Source: Chiloscyllium plagiosum
Lineage: Eukaryota
Length of the DNA: 48,105 nucleotides
NCBI RefSeq assembly: GCF_004010195.1
Contig: NC_057711.1
Location: forward strand, 80,078,566-80,126,670
Reading direction: 5' to 3'
In this document: piece by piece, positions 12,151-23,279 of the stretch
Position numbering within the stretch: the first letter of the stretch is position 1
Layout of the letters: every line of letters starts with the position of its first letter
The notes under the pieces: model-generated
What the model was told of the DNA's origin: nothing
Database searches by the model: none
What the model saw: only the letters and a program-made list of their open reading frames with translations
Made by a program: the position numbers and the translations under genes

Positions 12151-12286
12151 ACCTTCCCAGAAGTCCTTCGCTCCTCCCTTGCACCTCTTGGCAAATGGAG
12201 GTCCCGACGCCTGAAGTAAGTCTTTTAAACCATTAGACTCACCTTCCCAGAAGTCCTTTGCTCCTCCCTCGCACCTCTCGGCAAAT
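12151..12286. repeat. Two 46-bp direct repeats (90-bp period) in the CR1 5' UTR
   Basis: ACCTTCCCAGAAGTCCTT.GCTCCTCCC..GCACCTCT.GGCAAAT at 12151-12196 and 12241-12286. Confidence 0.9.
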
Positions 12287-12375
12287 ACTCTAAGATTTCT
12301 GTATTCTCCTAATTTTGGACTCTTGCTCAGTTACCACATTTACTCCATCATTGATGGCAGTGATTTCACAATTCT
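12287..12375 (+). mobile_element. L2 remnant, middle piece
   Basis: Continues the L2 sequence broken at 8619 (CTAAGATTTCTGTATTCTCCTAATTTTGGACTCTTG..CCATCATTGATGGCAGTG). Confidence 0.5.
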
Positions 12376-12379
12376 TTAC

Positions 12380-13075
12380 AGACAGTAAATGACAGAACCC
12401 TTAATATTACCAACATATAGAGAAATATAGGTCCACAGTTCCTTGAAAGTAGCAGCACACGTGGATAAAGTAGTCATGAAGGCGTTTGTCTTCTCCGGTC
12501 AGGGCATAGAGTTTAAAACTTGGAAAATCATGTTGCAGGTGTATAGAACTTTAGTGAGGCCACATTTGGAATGATGTGTATGGTTCTTGTCACTACACTA
12601 CCAGGAAGATGTGGAGGCTTTGGAGAGGGTATAGAAATGGTTTGCCATGATTGCCTGGTTTGAATTGTATTACTTGAATGTTGAAGGATGAGGGGTGTTC
12701 TGATAGAAATTTGCAATTTAATGAGACACATTGATAGAATGGATAGTCAGAGTCTTTTTCCCAGGGAAAAATGTCAATTACTAGGGGACATAGGTGAAGG
12801 TAAAAGGAGATATGTCTCAAGGAGATGTAAGAGGCAGTTTTTTTACACAAACTGTGATAAGTGCCTGGAATGCACTGCCAGTTGAGGTGGTGGAGGAGGA
12901 TACAATAGCAACTTTTAAGAAGCATCTTGTCAGATATATGAATAGGCAGTGAATATAGGAATACAGACAGTGTAGAGGTATTAATTGTTTAGCTTAGATA
13001 GGTATCATACGTCAGCACAATTCTGGTGGCTGAAGGGCTGGTTCCTGTTTTTGTTCTTTATTCTTTTTGTTCTTT
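12380..13075 (+). mobile_element. 5'-truncated CR1 3' end
   Basis: MLQVYRTLVRPHLE-like segment at 12530-12570, CR1 3' UTR, and a degenerate TTCTT..-type tail. Confidence 0.85.
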
Positions 13076-13215
13076 AAACTCTAAACTCAGCCTGCCTCTC
13101 TAAACTTCTATCACATTGTCTATCTCTCCCTCCTTTAAGAGGTTCCTTGAAGCCTACTTACTTAAGCAAGCTTTTGGCTATTAGTCCTGATATCACCTTA
13201 AGCGTCTCAGTGTCC
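13076..13215 (+). mobile_element. L2 remnant, 3' piece
   Basis: CTCCTTTAAGAGGTTCCTTGAAGCCTACTTACTTAAGCAAGCTTTTGG resembles the L2 ORF2 end (FK..LKTYLF.QAF). Confidence 0.55.
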
Positions 13216-13649
13216 AGTGTGGAAGAGAAGGCGGTTCAACAAAGGGCCAGTGAGATAAAATCATGACACAAATTGCAAATGGGAAAAAATGAGGCAATGT
13301 GTAGAATCCATCACAGGTAACCCGAGAACTCAATAATTTTACTGAAAAAATATTGAGCTATGACTTGGAAGACTGAAAGTCCTTTTTCATTTATATTTCA
13401 AATTCTTAGGTACAATTATTTACAACTAGGTTGTTTAGAGTAAGCTAAGCACACCAAGAAATGATACTATAGTATAATGAAACATTAGGCTCACATACAA
13501 TATTTGGTTTAGATTAAAATTGTTGTGAAAACAGACATTATTTTAACGTTTTCTATCATCAGTGGTCTTGAGTGAAAGCTTTGTAAGTTGATACACATAG
13601 GAAGTTATAAACAGAATGTCATCATTAATGAGCAATCTCTAATCATCAG

Positions 13650-13885
13650 TCTTGAAAAGTTCATCTGCCTGGTTCAAAATCTAAACAAAACTAGGAAATG
13701 AACCATTAATCATTAACTGCCACATTCTCGAAAACAATGCTTGGCCATATCAAATTCTCCCAATTAGCGCTCTCCTGTCATACTGTATAAATGTTGATTT
13801 CCCTTTATTTGTGTTTGTGAGAATTGTCCTGATGAGTGCAACAGGTAAAATTGTGACGAAGTGTGTCGTTTCTCAGCAATACTTA
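13650..13885 (+). mobile_element. Family C repeat with hammerhead-like CTGATGA core
   Basis: TTGTC-CTGATGA(13829-13835)-GTGCAACAGG-TAAAATTGT-GACGA; homologous to 1057-1170 in the opposite orientation. Confidence 0.55.
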
Positions 13886-13929
13886 ATATAACTGATTCAG
13901 AACCTTTGACTTTTGGTGTTAAGTATTCT

Positions 13930-14150
13930 TGTTGATGACACAGATATGGGGTCAGAATCTCAACTTAGAATAAAACACAAGACTGAATTTGCGAACAGTC
14001 TGGTCTGATTTCAAACAGTTGGCAGGTGGGGAGTAAATTAATTGCTAGGGAATTGATTTCAACAGAGACAGAAGGCAATGGCCTTAATCTTCCTAATATT
14101 TACTTGGCAGAAGCTTCCATTCATCCAGTAGATGATGTCAGACAAAGATC
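13930..14150 (-). mobile_element. L2-type LINE fragment
   Basis: Minus strand resembles LSDI..WM..SF.Q.NI.K.KAI.F, the post-YADD region of L2 RT. Confidence 0.5.
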
Positions 14151-14279
14151 TCACTTATAGCTGAGAGCACAGACTTCATTGTGCACGTGGTTCTATTGTA
14201 TTGCTGTTTAGTAACATATCATTAACACAATGTTTTGCTTTATTAGGGTTTAATGGTTAAGTAGTACAAAATGTAACAC

Positions 14280-14450
14280 ACTTTTTGGTCAAAGCTTTTC
14301 ATCTTACAAGACAATTTGCAAGAATTCCAATGTAAGAGGTAACATTTTTCATGTAAGAAGAAAATATTGATTGGTTTTCAAGTTGACTTTAATTGTTTGA
14401 TAGCATTGTTATGAAGAATGCTCCATCTAATGTTGACTAACATTTAACTT
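14280..14450 (-). mobile_element. Family C repeat, with CTGATGA deleted
   Basis: Minus strand reads TTGTC-TTGTAAGAT-GAAAAGCTTTGACC and aligns with 1060-1170. Confidence 0.5.
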
Positions 14451-14604
14451 ATAATTTTTACTCCTTTTGTTTCTTCCTTGAAGGACACTTTTGTCTTGGG
14501 AATCATTATCTGAGTTATGAACACCCTCAGGTAATCTGTCCAAATAAAATTTGCTGTCAAAATCTTTACATGACTACATCCAGAGTTCATTTTCCTAGTC
14601 CAAA

Positions 14605-14735
14605 GTAGAGCCATAATGGACTCGAAATGTTACTTCTGTTTCTCCCTCTGCTGATGCTGCTGGAGCTGTTGAATTTCTCCAGCACTTGCTGTTTTTATTT
14701 AAGATGTCTGGCAGCCACAGTATTCTGCATTTGTT
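14605..14735 (+). mobile_element. PLE tail fragment (family D)
   Basis: GGACTCGAAATGTTACTTCTGTTTCTCCCTCTGCTGATGCTGC..ATTTCTCCAGCA matches 44920-45030. Confidence 0.65.
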
Positions 14736-15569
14736 CTACAGTTACATTCCCCTGCAAGTAATAATCAGGAGAGGCTCAGATAGAATTCTGTGGTTTACAT
14801 ACAGATGAGCTAAAGCTGGAGTCTGCAGTTTCACCTCCACTTGCCAGACTCAGTTTATAATTGATTAAAATTCTCAATCTCATTGCTATGTTCTGTAGCT
14901 CCTTTAATCTACTGGAAATGAGTGCAGTTAGTTCATGTTAGTCCTCAGTCAGATAATTAGTATCGAAGCATTGAGTGCCTTATTTTCTCTGGTCATTCTC
15001 AAAGCAATTATCCATTTTCCAGACTGAATCTTCGGAGTCTGTTAATAAGGTCAAATGTCAAAAGAGGAGGGGTTTGGCCCCAGAGGGTGCACTGCTTGGC
15101 TGTTATAATCCCAGATCAATCATTAGTAGGAATATAAATACAAATCTCTCCTTGTTCTGTAGCACCATAGGCCTGTATACTGTGTAGGAAACATAAGAGC
15201 ACATTGTGAGGCAGATTGTGGGTGGATTGATTGGTATAAGCTCTTCATTTTCATCTGTTATTATTGTGCCAAAACTAAATAAAAGAGGGAAAATGAATTA
15301 AATTCAACACCTCATATTCATATCTTTTTAACCTTAACATTCATGTGAAAAATTGTAATTGCATGAGTATTTAGCATCATTAATATTAAACTGCATACTT
15401 ATTTCAGATGGTCGAAGAGAAATGATTACAACCTACACATTAAAGCAAGACTGGATGAAATGTGCTGTTGATGCTCTCCTGCCAATTAAAGGAGTATTAG
15501 CAAAATTTGTTCCTGACTGATTATAATACAAGTTTTATAAATTCAAATGTAGATGTGGTTTATTTAAGG

Positions 15570-15955
15570 ACTACTATTTTGAAGTGACCTGGAGGTTTGT
15601 GGACTTTGATCTCATTAAGATTTGACAAGATAGGTACTGAGGGGATGTTTCATTGGTTGGAAGGTCTAGAACACAGGGTTGCAATGTCAGATTAAGGGTT
15701 TAGCTGATTTGCAATGTCAACGGAATAATGTCTTCACTCACAGGATTATGAATCTTTGGAATTCTAAACTCTCAGGAACTCCATTGTGAATTTTATATTG
15801 AAGACTAAGATGGGTGGATGTTTGGAAACTAAAGCCAGCCATATAGGGACATGGCTAAAGCAATTAAGAAAATGTGAAAGATCAGTTATGTTCCAGTTGA
15901 ACCAGTCTCACAGCATAACATGGCCTTCTCCTGCTCATATTTCTTATGGTTTTAT
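15570..15955 (+). mobile_element. Old CR1 3' end
   Basis: TTCACTCACAGGATTATGAATCTTTGGAATTCT (FTQRV.NLWNS-like) and terminal ATGGCCTTCTCCTGCTCATATTTCTTATG. Confidence 0.7.
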
Positions 15956-16155
15956 GGTTGTTGAGCCTTTATTTGTTAGGGAAAACTGTACTACATAAAG
16001 AACTTTGCATCATTGTCATCATAATAGTCCACTACAAATGGGACAATGTCCAAACAATCCAATATATGAATACCACAGCATTGTTTGCAAGTAATTGCAA
16101 AATAAATTACATTTTGTTCATTAAGATTGCACTCTTTTAGGCTGACTGACTTAAT

Positions 16156-17095
16156 TTTGATTTGATTTGACATATTATTGTCACATGTACTGAGATACAG
16201 TAAAAAGTATTGTTTGCCTCCTAATCAGACATACATTACATAAATACATCAGAGTGATAGAACAGAATGCAGCGTATAGCGTTACAGCTACAGAGAAGGT
16301 TCAGAGAAAGATCAACTCTAGTATATGAAAGAGGTCAAAACATAAGTCTGGTAACAATGTGGAAGACGCTGTTCTTGAATTTGTTGGAATGTATTTTCAA
16401 ACTTTTATATTTTCTGCCTAATAGAAGGGGTTGAAAGAGAGTATACCCGAAGTGGGAAGTGTCTTTGGTTATGTTGGCTGTTTCCCAAGGCAGCAGGAAG
16501 TACAGACGGAGTCAATGGAGGGAAGGCTGGTTTCCATAATGGACTGGGCTGCATTCATAACTCTCTGCGGTCTTAGGCAGAGAAGTTGCCAAACCAAGCT
16601 GTGATGCATCCAGATTGGATGCTTTCTATGATGTATCTATAAAAATTGGTAAAGCGTCGTAGACATGCTGAATTTCCTTAGCCTTCTGAGGAAGTAGAGG
16701 TTTTGGTGTGCTTTCTTGAGTGTGGATGGACCAGGATAGATGGTCATTGATATTTACACCTATGAACGTGAAGCTCTCGACCATCTCCATGGATACAGAC
16801 AGAGGCATGTCCTTCTCTCCATTTCCGAAGTCGAAGACCAGCTCCTTCATTTGCTGATATTGAGGAAGAAAATTTTGTCTTTACATCATGCCACTAAGCT
16901 GTCTACCACTTTGCTATATTCTGTTGTTGTTTGAGAACCGACCCACTATGGTGGTGTTATCAGCAAATTTGTAGATGGAATTAGGGATGAATTTGGCCAC
17001 ACTTTTGTGAGTGTATAAGGAGTAAAGTAAGGGGATGAGTATGCAGCTCTGTGAGGTACCAGTGTTGAGGATTATATTGGAGGAAGTGTTCAGCT
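16156..17095 (-). mobile_element. Rex1/Babar-clade LINE, 5'-truncated
   Basis: ILNTGTSQSCILIPLLYSLYTH..SIYKFADNTTIVG (RT), KELVFDF and VESFTFIGVNI..LSWS; (TCAAA)n tail at about 16156-16170. Confidence 0.85.
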
Positions 17096-17359
17096 GTCTC
17101 ACATAGTCAGAGTCACTGGAGTACTTCAGTGGTTCCTGCTGGAAAAATTGACCATAGCTGTGTTAAACATTTTAATGCACGAAAGTTTGAGATAGAACAG
17201 CTCGATGTAAAATCTTTGAAATGACACTATGGATATTCATGTGCTATATCTGCTACTTCAGTTGAGGTGTGAACCCATCAAAAATAAATAACGTGATGCC
17301 TCTGCATTGAGTGCAGGCAAAGCAATGTCATAAATATCCTTTAATTATTATTTGCACAG

Positions 17360-17535
17360 ACTGATTTCTTAAGGGAAATCTGTATTCACTAACTTATTGG
17401 AGTTTTTTGAGAGTTAACAGTGAAGGTAAATGAAGGTGATGCCTTTGGTATATATGGTCTTCCATTGTCCAATACAGTAATGTACAACACATTTGCAAGA
17501 AAAGTAATGGCTCATAGAATAAAAGGGTAAGCACT
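17360..17535 (+). mobile_element. Old CR1 RT fragment, 5' piece of a nested host
   Basis: F.KGKS..TNLLEFFE and AHRIKG motifs. The sequence resumes at about 18903. Confidence 0.7.
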
Positions 17536-17811
17536 GAAATTAAGAGTCTGGAATTAAAAATCTACTAATGACCATGAAACCATCGTTGAATGTTAGAAAA
17601 ACCCATCTGACTCACGAATGTCCTTCAGGGATGGAAATCTGCCATCCTTACCTGGTCTCACCACACATGATTCCAGGCCCACAGCAATGTGGTTGATTCT
17701 CAGCTGTCCTCCGAAATGGAGAAAGCAAGGACTGCAGATGCTGGAGAATCAGACTCGAAAAGTGTGGCACTGGAAAAGCACAGCAGGTCATGCAATATCC
17801 GAGCAGCAGGG

Positions 17812-17848
17812 GAGGTGCATTTCAGGCATAAATCCTTCATCAGGAATG
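17812..17848 (-). ncRNA. Minimal hammerhead ribozyme motif, degenerate
   Basis: CATTC-CTGATGA-AGGATTTATGCCT-GAAA-TGCA. Confidence 0.5.
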
Positions 17849-18693
17849 TGGAGGGGGAACGGGGCTGAGAGCCGAATTGGGGGGATGGGGCTGGAGGTGG
17901 GGAGAAGGTAGCTAGGAAGGTGATAGGTAGAGGCAAGTGGGGGGTGATGGTGATAGGTCGGTGGGAAGGGTGGAACGGATAGGTGGGAAGGATGATGTAC
18001 AGGTAGGACAGGTCAAAAGTGTGGTGCTGAGTTGGAAGGTTGGATCTGGGATGAGGTGGGAGGGGAGATTTGGAAACTAGTTAAGTCAGTGTTGATGCCA
18101 TGTGGTTGAAGGGCCCAAGGCAGAAGATGAGACGTTCTTCCTCCAGTTGATGGGTGGGTTGGACTTGGTGGTGGAGGAGGCCCAGGACCTTCACGTCCTT
18201 AGGGAGTGGGAGGGGGAATTGAAATTGTTGGACACAGGGCAGTAGGGTTGTTTGGTGTGTGTGTCCCAGAGATGTTCCCTGTGGCTGACCACTTCAACTC
18301 CCCCTCCCATTCCACCAACGACATGCAAGTCTTGGGCCTCCTCCACCACCAAATTCAAGCCAACCAGCGATTGGAGGAAGACTGTGTCATCTTTGGCCTT
18401 GGGATCCTTCAACTACACAGCGTCAACATCGACTTCACCAGTTTCCAAATCTTCCACCCTGACAAAGCACTCCTGCTACCCACACAGCTCATCCGAGATC
18501 CAACCCTCCAACTCAGCACCACCCTCTTGACTTGTCTTGCCTGTCCATCATCCTTCCCACCTATCTGCTCCAACCTCCCCCCTGATCTATCACCATCACC
18601 CCCACCCTGCATCCACCTATCGCCTTCCCAGCTGCCTTCCCCCCAGCCCCACCCCCATCTTCCCATTTATCTCTCAGCTCCCTTCCCTCTCCA

Positions 18694-18730
18694 CAATCCT
18701 GATGAAGGGCTTATGCCCAAAACGTATCTG
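18694..18730 (+). ncRNA. Minimal hammerhead ribozyme motif with core G mutated
   Basis: CTGATGA(18699-18705)-A-GGGC-TTAT-GCCC-AAAA-CGTA. Stem II is perfect, but GAAA has become AAAA by CpG decay. Confidence 0.55.
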
Positions 18731-18902
18731 TCCTGCTCCTCAGACTCTACATGATCTGCTGTGCTTTTGCAGCACCACCACCCTTTTTGACTCTGTCCTC
18801 TAATATGGCCTAGTAAGCCACTTAGTTCAAGGACAGCTAGGGACAGGCAATAAATGCTGACCAGTCAGTGATGCCCAAGACCCACGAGTGAATAAACAAA
18901 AA

Positions 18903-19070
18903 GCATCAAAAAGATACAAAGTTGGCTGAGGAATAGGAAACCACAAATAATTGTCAACGGCTGTTTTGGGATGGTTTGTAGTGGAGCTCCCTGGAGCCAA
19001 TGTTGGGACCTTGCTTTTCTTGATATATATTCATGACTTAAACATTGATGTATATGATACAAGGCTCAAT
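18903..19070 (+). mobile_element. Old CR1 RT fragment, 3' piece of the nested host
   Basis: IQSWLRNRK..IIVNGCF and SG.P....LGP.LFLIYIHDL motifs continue 17360-17535. Confidence 0.7.
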
Positions 19071-21091
19071 TAAGGCTTAGAGAGAAAATAAAGCTCTGCA
19101 GAGAGAAGGAAATAAGTGAAGAATAAGTGCAGACATGTAACAATTCTGTGATTCTAATTCTTACGAGTAGTCCTACGTTTGCCTCAGTTCAATAATTCTA
19201 GTAGAAAAGGGATCCCGAATGATCGATTTGCATTATTGGAAAGATGTGGCAACAGACTATTAAATAATGTTAAAGATGAAGATTCTTCCTTTCCCAAAAT
19301 GGTGTAAAAAAGAAGTTGTTTTAAAAAAATTACCATGCTCACTTATGACATAATTGAACAGCATTCCACAGCTGCACATTCAAATTGACAAGTCAATGTG
19401 TTTTGCCTGAACCAATCTATTCTCATCAAATGCAATGCTTGTTCAATATTGCCCAGTTATTAAGTATTGTACTGTTTGAATTAAACTCTCTTGGAAAACT
19501 GGAAAGTATCTGTAATTGAGAATTGAGCTTCTGTCTTGATATTGTGTGATATTTGTTATTGGTTCATACATGTAGAGAGCTTGCCTCTTTCCAATAGTTT
19601 TCCTTTTAAAGACAGTATTCAGAAAGCAATGAATAATATAACTGCTTTGAAATATTACTTCATTTTTGACAGCCACGGTTGATAAGTTATTATTAAGTAT
19701 TCATAATGAACCATATTTTACTAAATGGAATAATTTAAGTAAAATTAAGCAAAATGCTGATATTACTTTAAGCTACTCTGCAATTTCACAATTAACACAA
19801 TGTTTTGTTGCTTTATAAACAATACATACTATTCCAAAGTAAAATATCATGGTTGCTGCAAATCTAGGGGGAGAAAAATGTTTGAATCATAATCCGTTTT
19901 CTCAACCAATAACCTATTAAAGTTTCTCAAGTGTCATGTACACCTAGAGTATGAGAGTGTCTGATTATGGAATGAGGTACTAACTGTAAGTTGTATTGCA
20001 ATGGCAAAACTGTTTTTATGTCAAACCAAATGAGATTACTTCAAATGACTATGCTGATTTTAATCAAGTTGGATTCACCATCCACATGTCTATTCCAAAG
20101 AGCTGATCTACATGCCATTTTTTTAAAATACAAGAATGGAAGAATTGAAGCACTCCTATAACTTTTGAAGCTGATTCCATCATTCAACAATATAAGGCCT
20201 GAACTGTATTCCATACCTTAACTTCCATTTTTACTTCTTAATTCTCCATCCATTTAACCTGTCTAAAAAAAGGGTCTATCAATCTCAATTTCAGTAATTT
20301 CAGATGAATTATTAGTAGTAGTGTTTTGGGAGAAAATAAATAAGTCAATAAGAGCCGTGAATCTTATTGCTCTACAATATAAGTGATAGATGGTTGTAAT
20401 AGTATTTTTCAACAAGAATTATATCACTGCAATATTCTCCAAAGTATTACTTTACAATGTTTTTAAATGGGTGAAACATTGTTGTGTTAGAACTTTAAAA
20501 CCACATTTCTCTCTTTGTTTTCACCAGTATATGTCTGCATTGTCTAAAATGTCCACACTTATGTCAGTCACTAACTTTGGATGCTCCCAACCATTTATTA
20601 GTGCCAGCAGAGTAAATTTATAGGTCCTGCTTATAATACGTTAAGCATATTTCAGGATTATTTCAGGAATTCAATAAGCACTTATTCTCTTAAAAAGTTT
20701 CATTCAGCCAAAGTCACATGCTGAAGCAATTTCAATCATGTTTTTGCATCAAATTAAACTGCACTTACTTAGCAGTGAGATTTTGTAGCAGGGCAAACTG
20801 TATGCTGTTTTCATAGCGAAAGGATTCAAGTTCAGAAACAAGGATGTCTTTCTGCAATTATGCAGTGTCTTTGTGAGGCCACACCTGGAATATTATATAC
20901 AGTTCTGGTCTCCTTAACTGAGCATGTTCTTGCTGTACAGTGAGTGCAGCATAGGTTTACCAAGTTGATTCCTGGGAATGGGAGGTATGAGCAGAGATGA
21001 ATTGGTTAGGACTGTATTCACTGCAATTTATTAGAATGAAGAGTGATCTCATAGAAACCCATAAAATTCAAAGAGGACTAGACAGGTTAGA

Positions 21092-21276
21092 GTCAGAAGT
21101 GTGGTGCTGGAAAAGCACAGCAGGTCAGGTAGCATCTGAAGAGCAGGAAAATTGATGTTTCGGGCAAAGGTCCTTCATCAGGAATTTCTGCTCCTTGGAT
21201 GCTGCCTGCCCTGCTGTGCTTTTCCAGCACCACACTCTCAACTCTAATTTCCAGCATCTGCAGTCCTCACTTTCAC
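21092..21276. mobile_element. Short palindromic PLE tail insertion (family A) with 14-bp TSD
   Basis: Inverted arms at about 21098-21150 and 21185-21236. TSD CTAGACAGGTTAGA at 21078-21091 and 21277-21290. Confidence 0.9.
21150..21186 (-). ncRNA. Minimal hammerhead ribozyme motif
   Basis: AATTC-CTGATGA-AGGACCTTTGCCC-GAAA-CATC-AATTT. Confidence 0.55.
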
Positions 21277-21458
21277 CTAGACAGGTTAGATGCAGGAAGT
21301 GAGTTGAGGCCAAAACATTACATATTTTCAAGGAAGTAAATCAAACACTTGTGGCGAAAGAGATTAAGGAATATTGAGAAGTGTTGGGACTAGGATATTC
21401 AGCTGGATGATGTGCCTTGATCATATTGTATGGCAGAATAGGCCTGAGGGTCGAATAG

Positions 21459-21683
21459 GTAAAAACAAGGACTGCAGATGCTGGAAACCAGAGTCTAGAT
21501 TAGAATGGTGCTGGAAAAGCACAGCAGGTCAGGCAGCATCCGAGGAGCAGGAAAATCGATGTTTCGGGCAAAAACCCATCATCAGGAATAGAGGGAGGGA
21601 GCCTCCAGGGTGGAGAGATAAATGAGAAGGGGGTGGGGGTGGGGAGAAAGTAGGTGAGTGAGGGTGGGGATGAAGGTGGTCGG
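21459..21683 (-). mobile_element. PLE 3' end (family A), 5'-truncated
   Basis: Same tail as 17720-17960, with a pyrimidine-rich 3' UTR upstream on the minus strand. Confidence 0.88.
21553..21590 (-). ncRNA. Minimal hammerhead ribozyme motif, among the best preserved
   Basis: TATTC-CTGATGA-T-GGGT-TTTT-GCCC-GAAA-CATC-GATT. Both core boxes are intact. Confidence 0.62.
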
Positions 21684-21928
21684 TGGCCTCCTCTATATAT
21701 TTGTATATTTTTCATAAAATTTCCATATTTGTGTGTGCAATAATTGGAGAAGCTGTTTCTCCTTGGAAATCCTTTTTTTTTAAAATAAAAGTGTCTCACG
21801 TACATTTTTGGTTTTATTATTCACATCATGGAAGAGGAAGATTACTTTAAATCCAAATTTACAACTTTCACAGGGATCGAGTGAGTATGAGGAGCTGAAA
21901 GAAGAGTGTAGCGCCCAACCTGGTGCAG

Positions 21929-22019
21929 AAGAGAGTTCATTGTCTTTCTTTCGGCATTGTTGGCTACTCCTCTGCACCCCAGAGATAGCATTGACTTCAG
22001 ACCAGGCTAGCATTGTCTT
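21929..22019 (-). pseudogene. Myb/SANT-like (trihelix) DNA-binding domain remnant, probably Harbinger-associated
   Basis: AWSEVNAISGVQRSSQQCRKKDNEL matches the W.E....N......R...QC+KK.NDL pattern. Confidence 0.55.
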
Positions 22020-22159
22020 CACATCATGGGCCAGATTTTCATGGAACTGTGAGAAAAGGATGACACTACTCATAGTTGATTTTAAACTGCAAATGAACTG
22101 TGACAACAAGACTGGCAACAGTAGCTTAATGAAAAGTTCATAGACTATTTTCAAAACAG

Positions 22160-22500
22160 TTTTATAGAGCAGTACATTCTACATCCAACTGGAGAGCAAG
22201 TTATGTTAGACTTGGTATTATGTAATGTGACAGGATTACTTAATTACCTCTCAGTACGAAGGGTATCTTTTGTTAGCAGTGAATACAATACAATTAAGTT
22301 TTACATCCATTTAAAAGAACAATAGATGTAAGACAAATATTTTAATCTTGCATAAGGGCGACAATATGGACATGAAAGCTGAGCTAGCTCAGATAAGTTT
22401 TGAGCTGGGAGCATGGTCAATAAAGAAGCAGAGGCAGCTATTTAAGGGATATTTTAGAGTAATCAGAATAAGCATATTCATACTACTAAACAAGTTCAGG
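22160..22500 (+). mobile_element. Old CR1 endonuclease-region fragment
   Basis: EQY...PT.EQ..LDLVLCN.TGL.N.L and KG..M.MKAELAQ motifs. Confidence 0.6.
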
Positions 22501-22894
22501 AAAACGTCAAATGAAGGAAAAGCACACAGGTGAGAAGCAGGTCAGGTGATTTGTCAAAATATAAAGAACAACAGAAAATAACCAAAAGGCACTAAAATAT
22601 TAAAGAGCAGCCATAGTGGGTTTTGATCCTGGGTGTCTAGAATACTATCTAGTATCTGGAATAATAGCCCAATAGTAATACCACTAGTTCATCACCTGCC
22701 TGCAGTCTGTGTCCTTGTCCAAATCTGGGGCAAAAACCACATTTCTATGGAATAAAAGCACTGGCTTAGACACCTCTGAATTCTAGATCCCAAAACCTGC
22801 CTCACTTACAGTCACATCCTTTTCTCCCTCCTCTAAGTCCACTCTACAGCGATGCTTACTTGCTGCACACTCCTACCAATCTGAAACCAATATC

Positions 22895-23100
22895 TTTGAT
22901 AATATTGTAAGAATATTTGAAAATTACTTTACATGAAGGGCCTATTATTGTATAATGGAAAGAGGAAGATTTAATAAAAGAACACAGCTGTCACAAGAAC
23001 CTATTGACAGCTTTATTCATGATCTTTACACATTGGCAGAATTTTGTGTTATGGAGATTTAGATTCAGAACTAATTCAAGACAAATTGTCATCAGAATTT
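22895..23100 (+). mobile_element. Ty3/Gypsy gag remnant
   Basis: FDNIVRIFENYF, then from 22955 MERGRFNKRTQLSQEPIDSFIHDLYTLAEFC, then a frameshift to YGDLDSELIQDK. Confidence 0.7.
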
Positions 23101-23279
23101 CTTTTAGAAATGTTACAACTAAAAGTGGATCCCATCCTGGCAAACTTCCAGGTAGTGACAGAACCTGAAGTCTGAAAAAGCATCTGAGAATGATGGGTGT
23201 AGAAGCCAACCTAGCTAGAATGTCATCAGACTTTGTCAACTTTGTAAGTTATAGCAAGACACTTGCATAAGCTCAAGGT

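Larger units (their letters stand above)
8620..12286 (-). mobile_element. Near full-length CR1 (HER1-like) LINE, inactive, with an internal deletion
   Basis: Contains a 5' UTR with tandem repeat, ORF1, ORF2 (APE endonuclease plus RT with FADDTK), a 3' UTR and a (TTCTATG)n tail at 8620-8639. Confidence 0.95.
17720..18792. mobile_element. Head-to-head inverted duplication of a Penelope-like element 3' region (family A)
   Basis: Minus copy spans 17720-~18280 and plus copy ~18278-18792. Both encode the endonuclease C-terminus (PVADHFNSPSHSTNDMQVLGL..RLEE..IF.LG.LQ..VNIDF) and end in a CTGATGA hammerhead motif. Degenerate TSD at 17704-17719 / 18793-18808. Confidence 0.88.
17536..18902 (+). mobile_element. 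tRNA-derived SINE (second family), body and tail, split by a PLE insertion
   Basis: 17536-17719 plus 18793-18902 together match the reverse complement of the full copy at 30680-31026 (GGAAATCTGCCATCCTTACCTGG..CCCACAGCAATGTGGTTGA..GGCAATAAATGCTG). Confidence 0.8.
20800..21720 (+). mobile_element. Old CR1 3' end hosting two PLE insertions
   Basis: VRPHLEY..QFWSP at 20870-20915. CR1 sequence continues on both sides of 21092-21276 and 21459-21683. Confidence 0.8.

Noticed and set aside
18206..18754. 182-aa proline-rich ORF as a host gene
   Set aside because: It spans the PLE inversion junction and reads through a C-rich 3' UTR.
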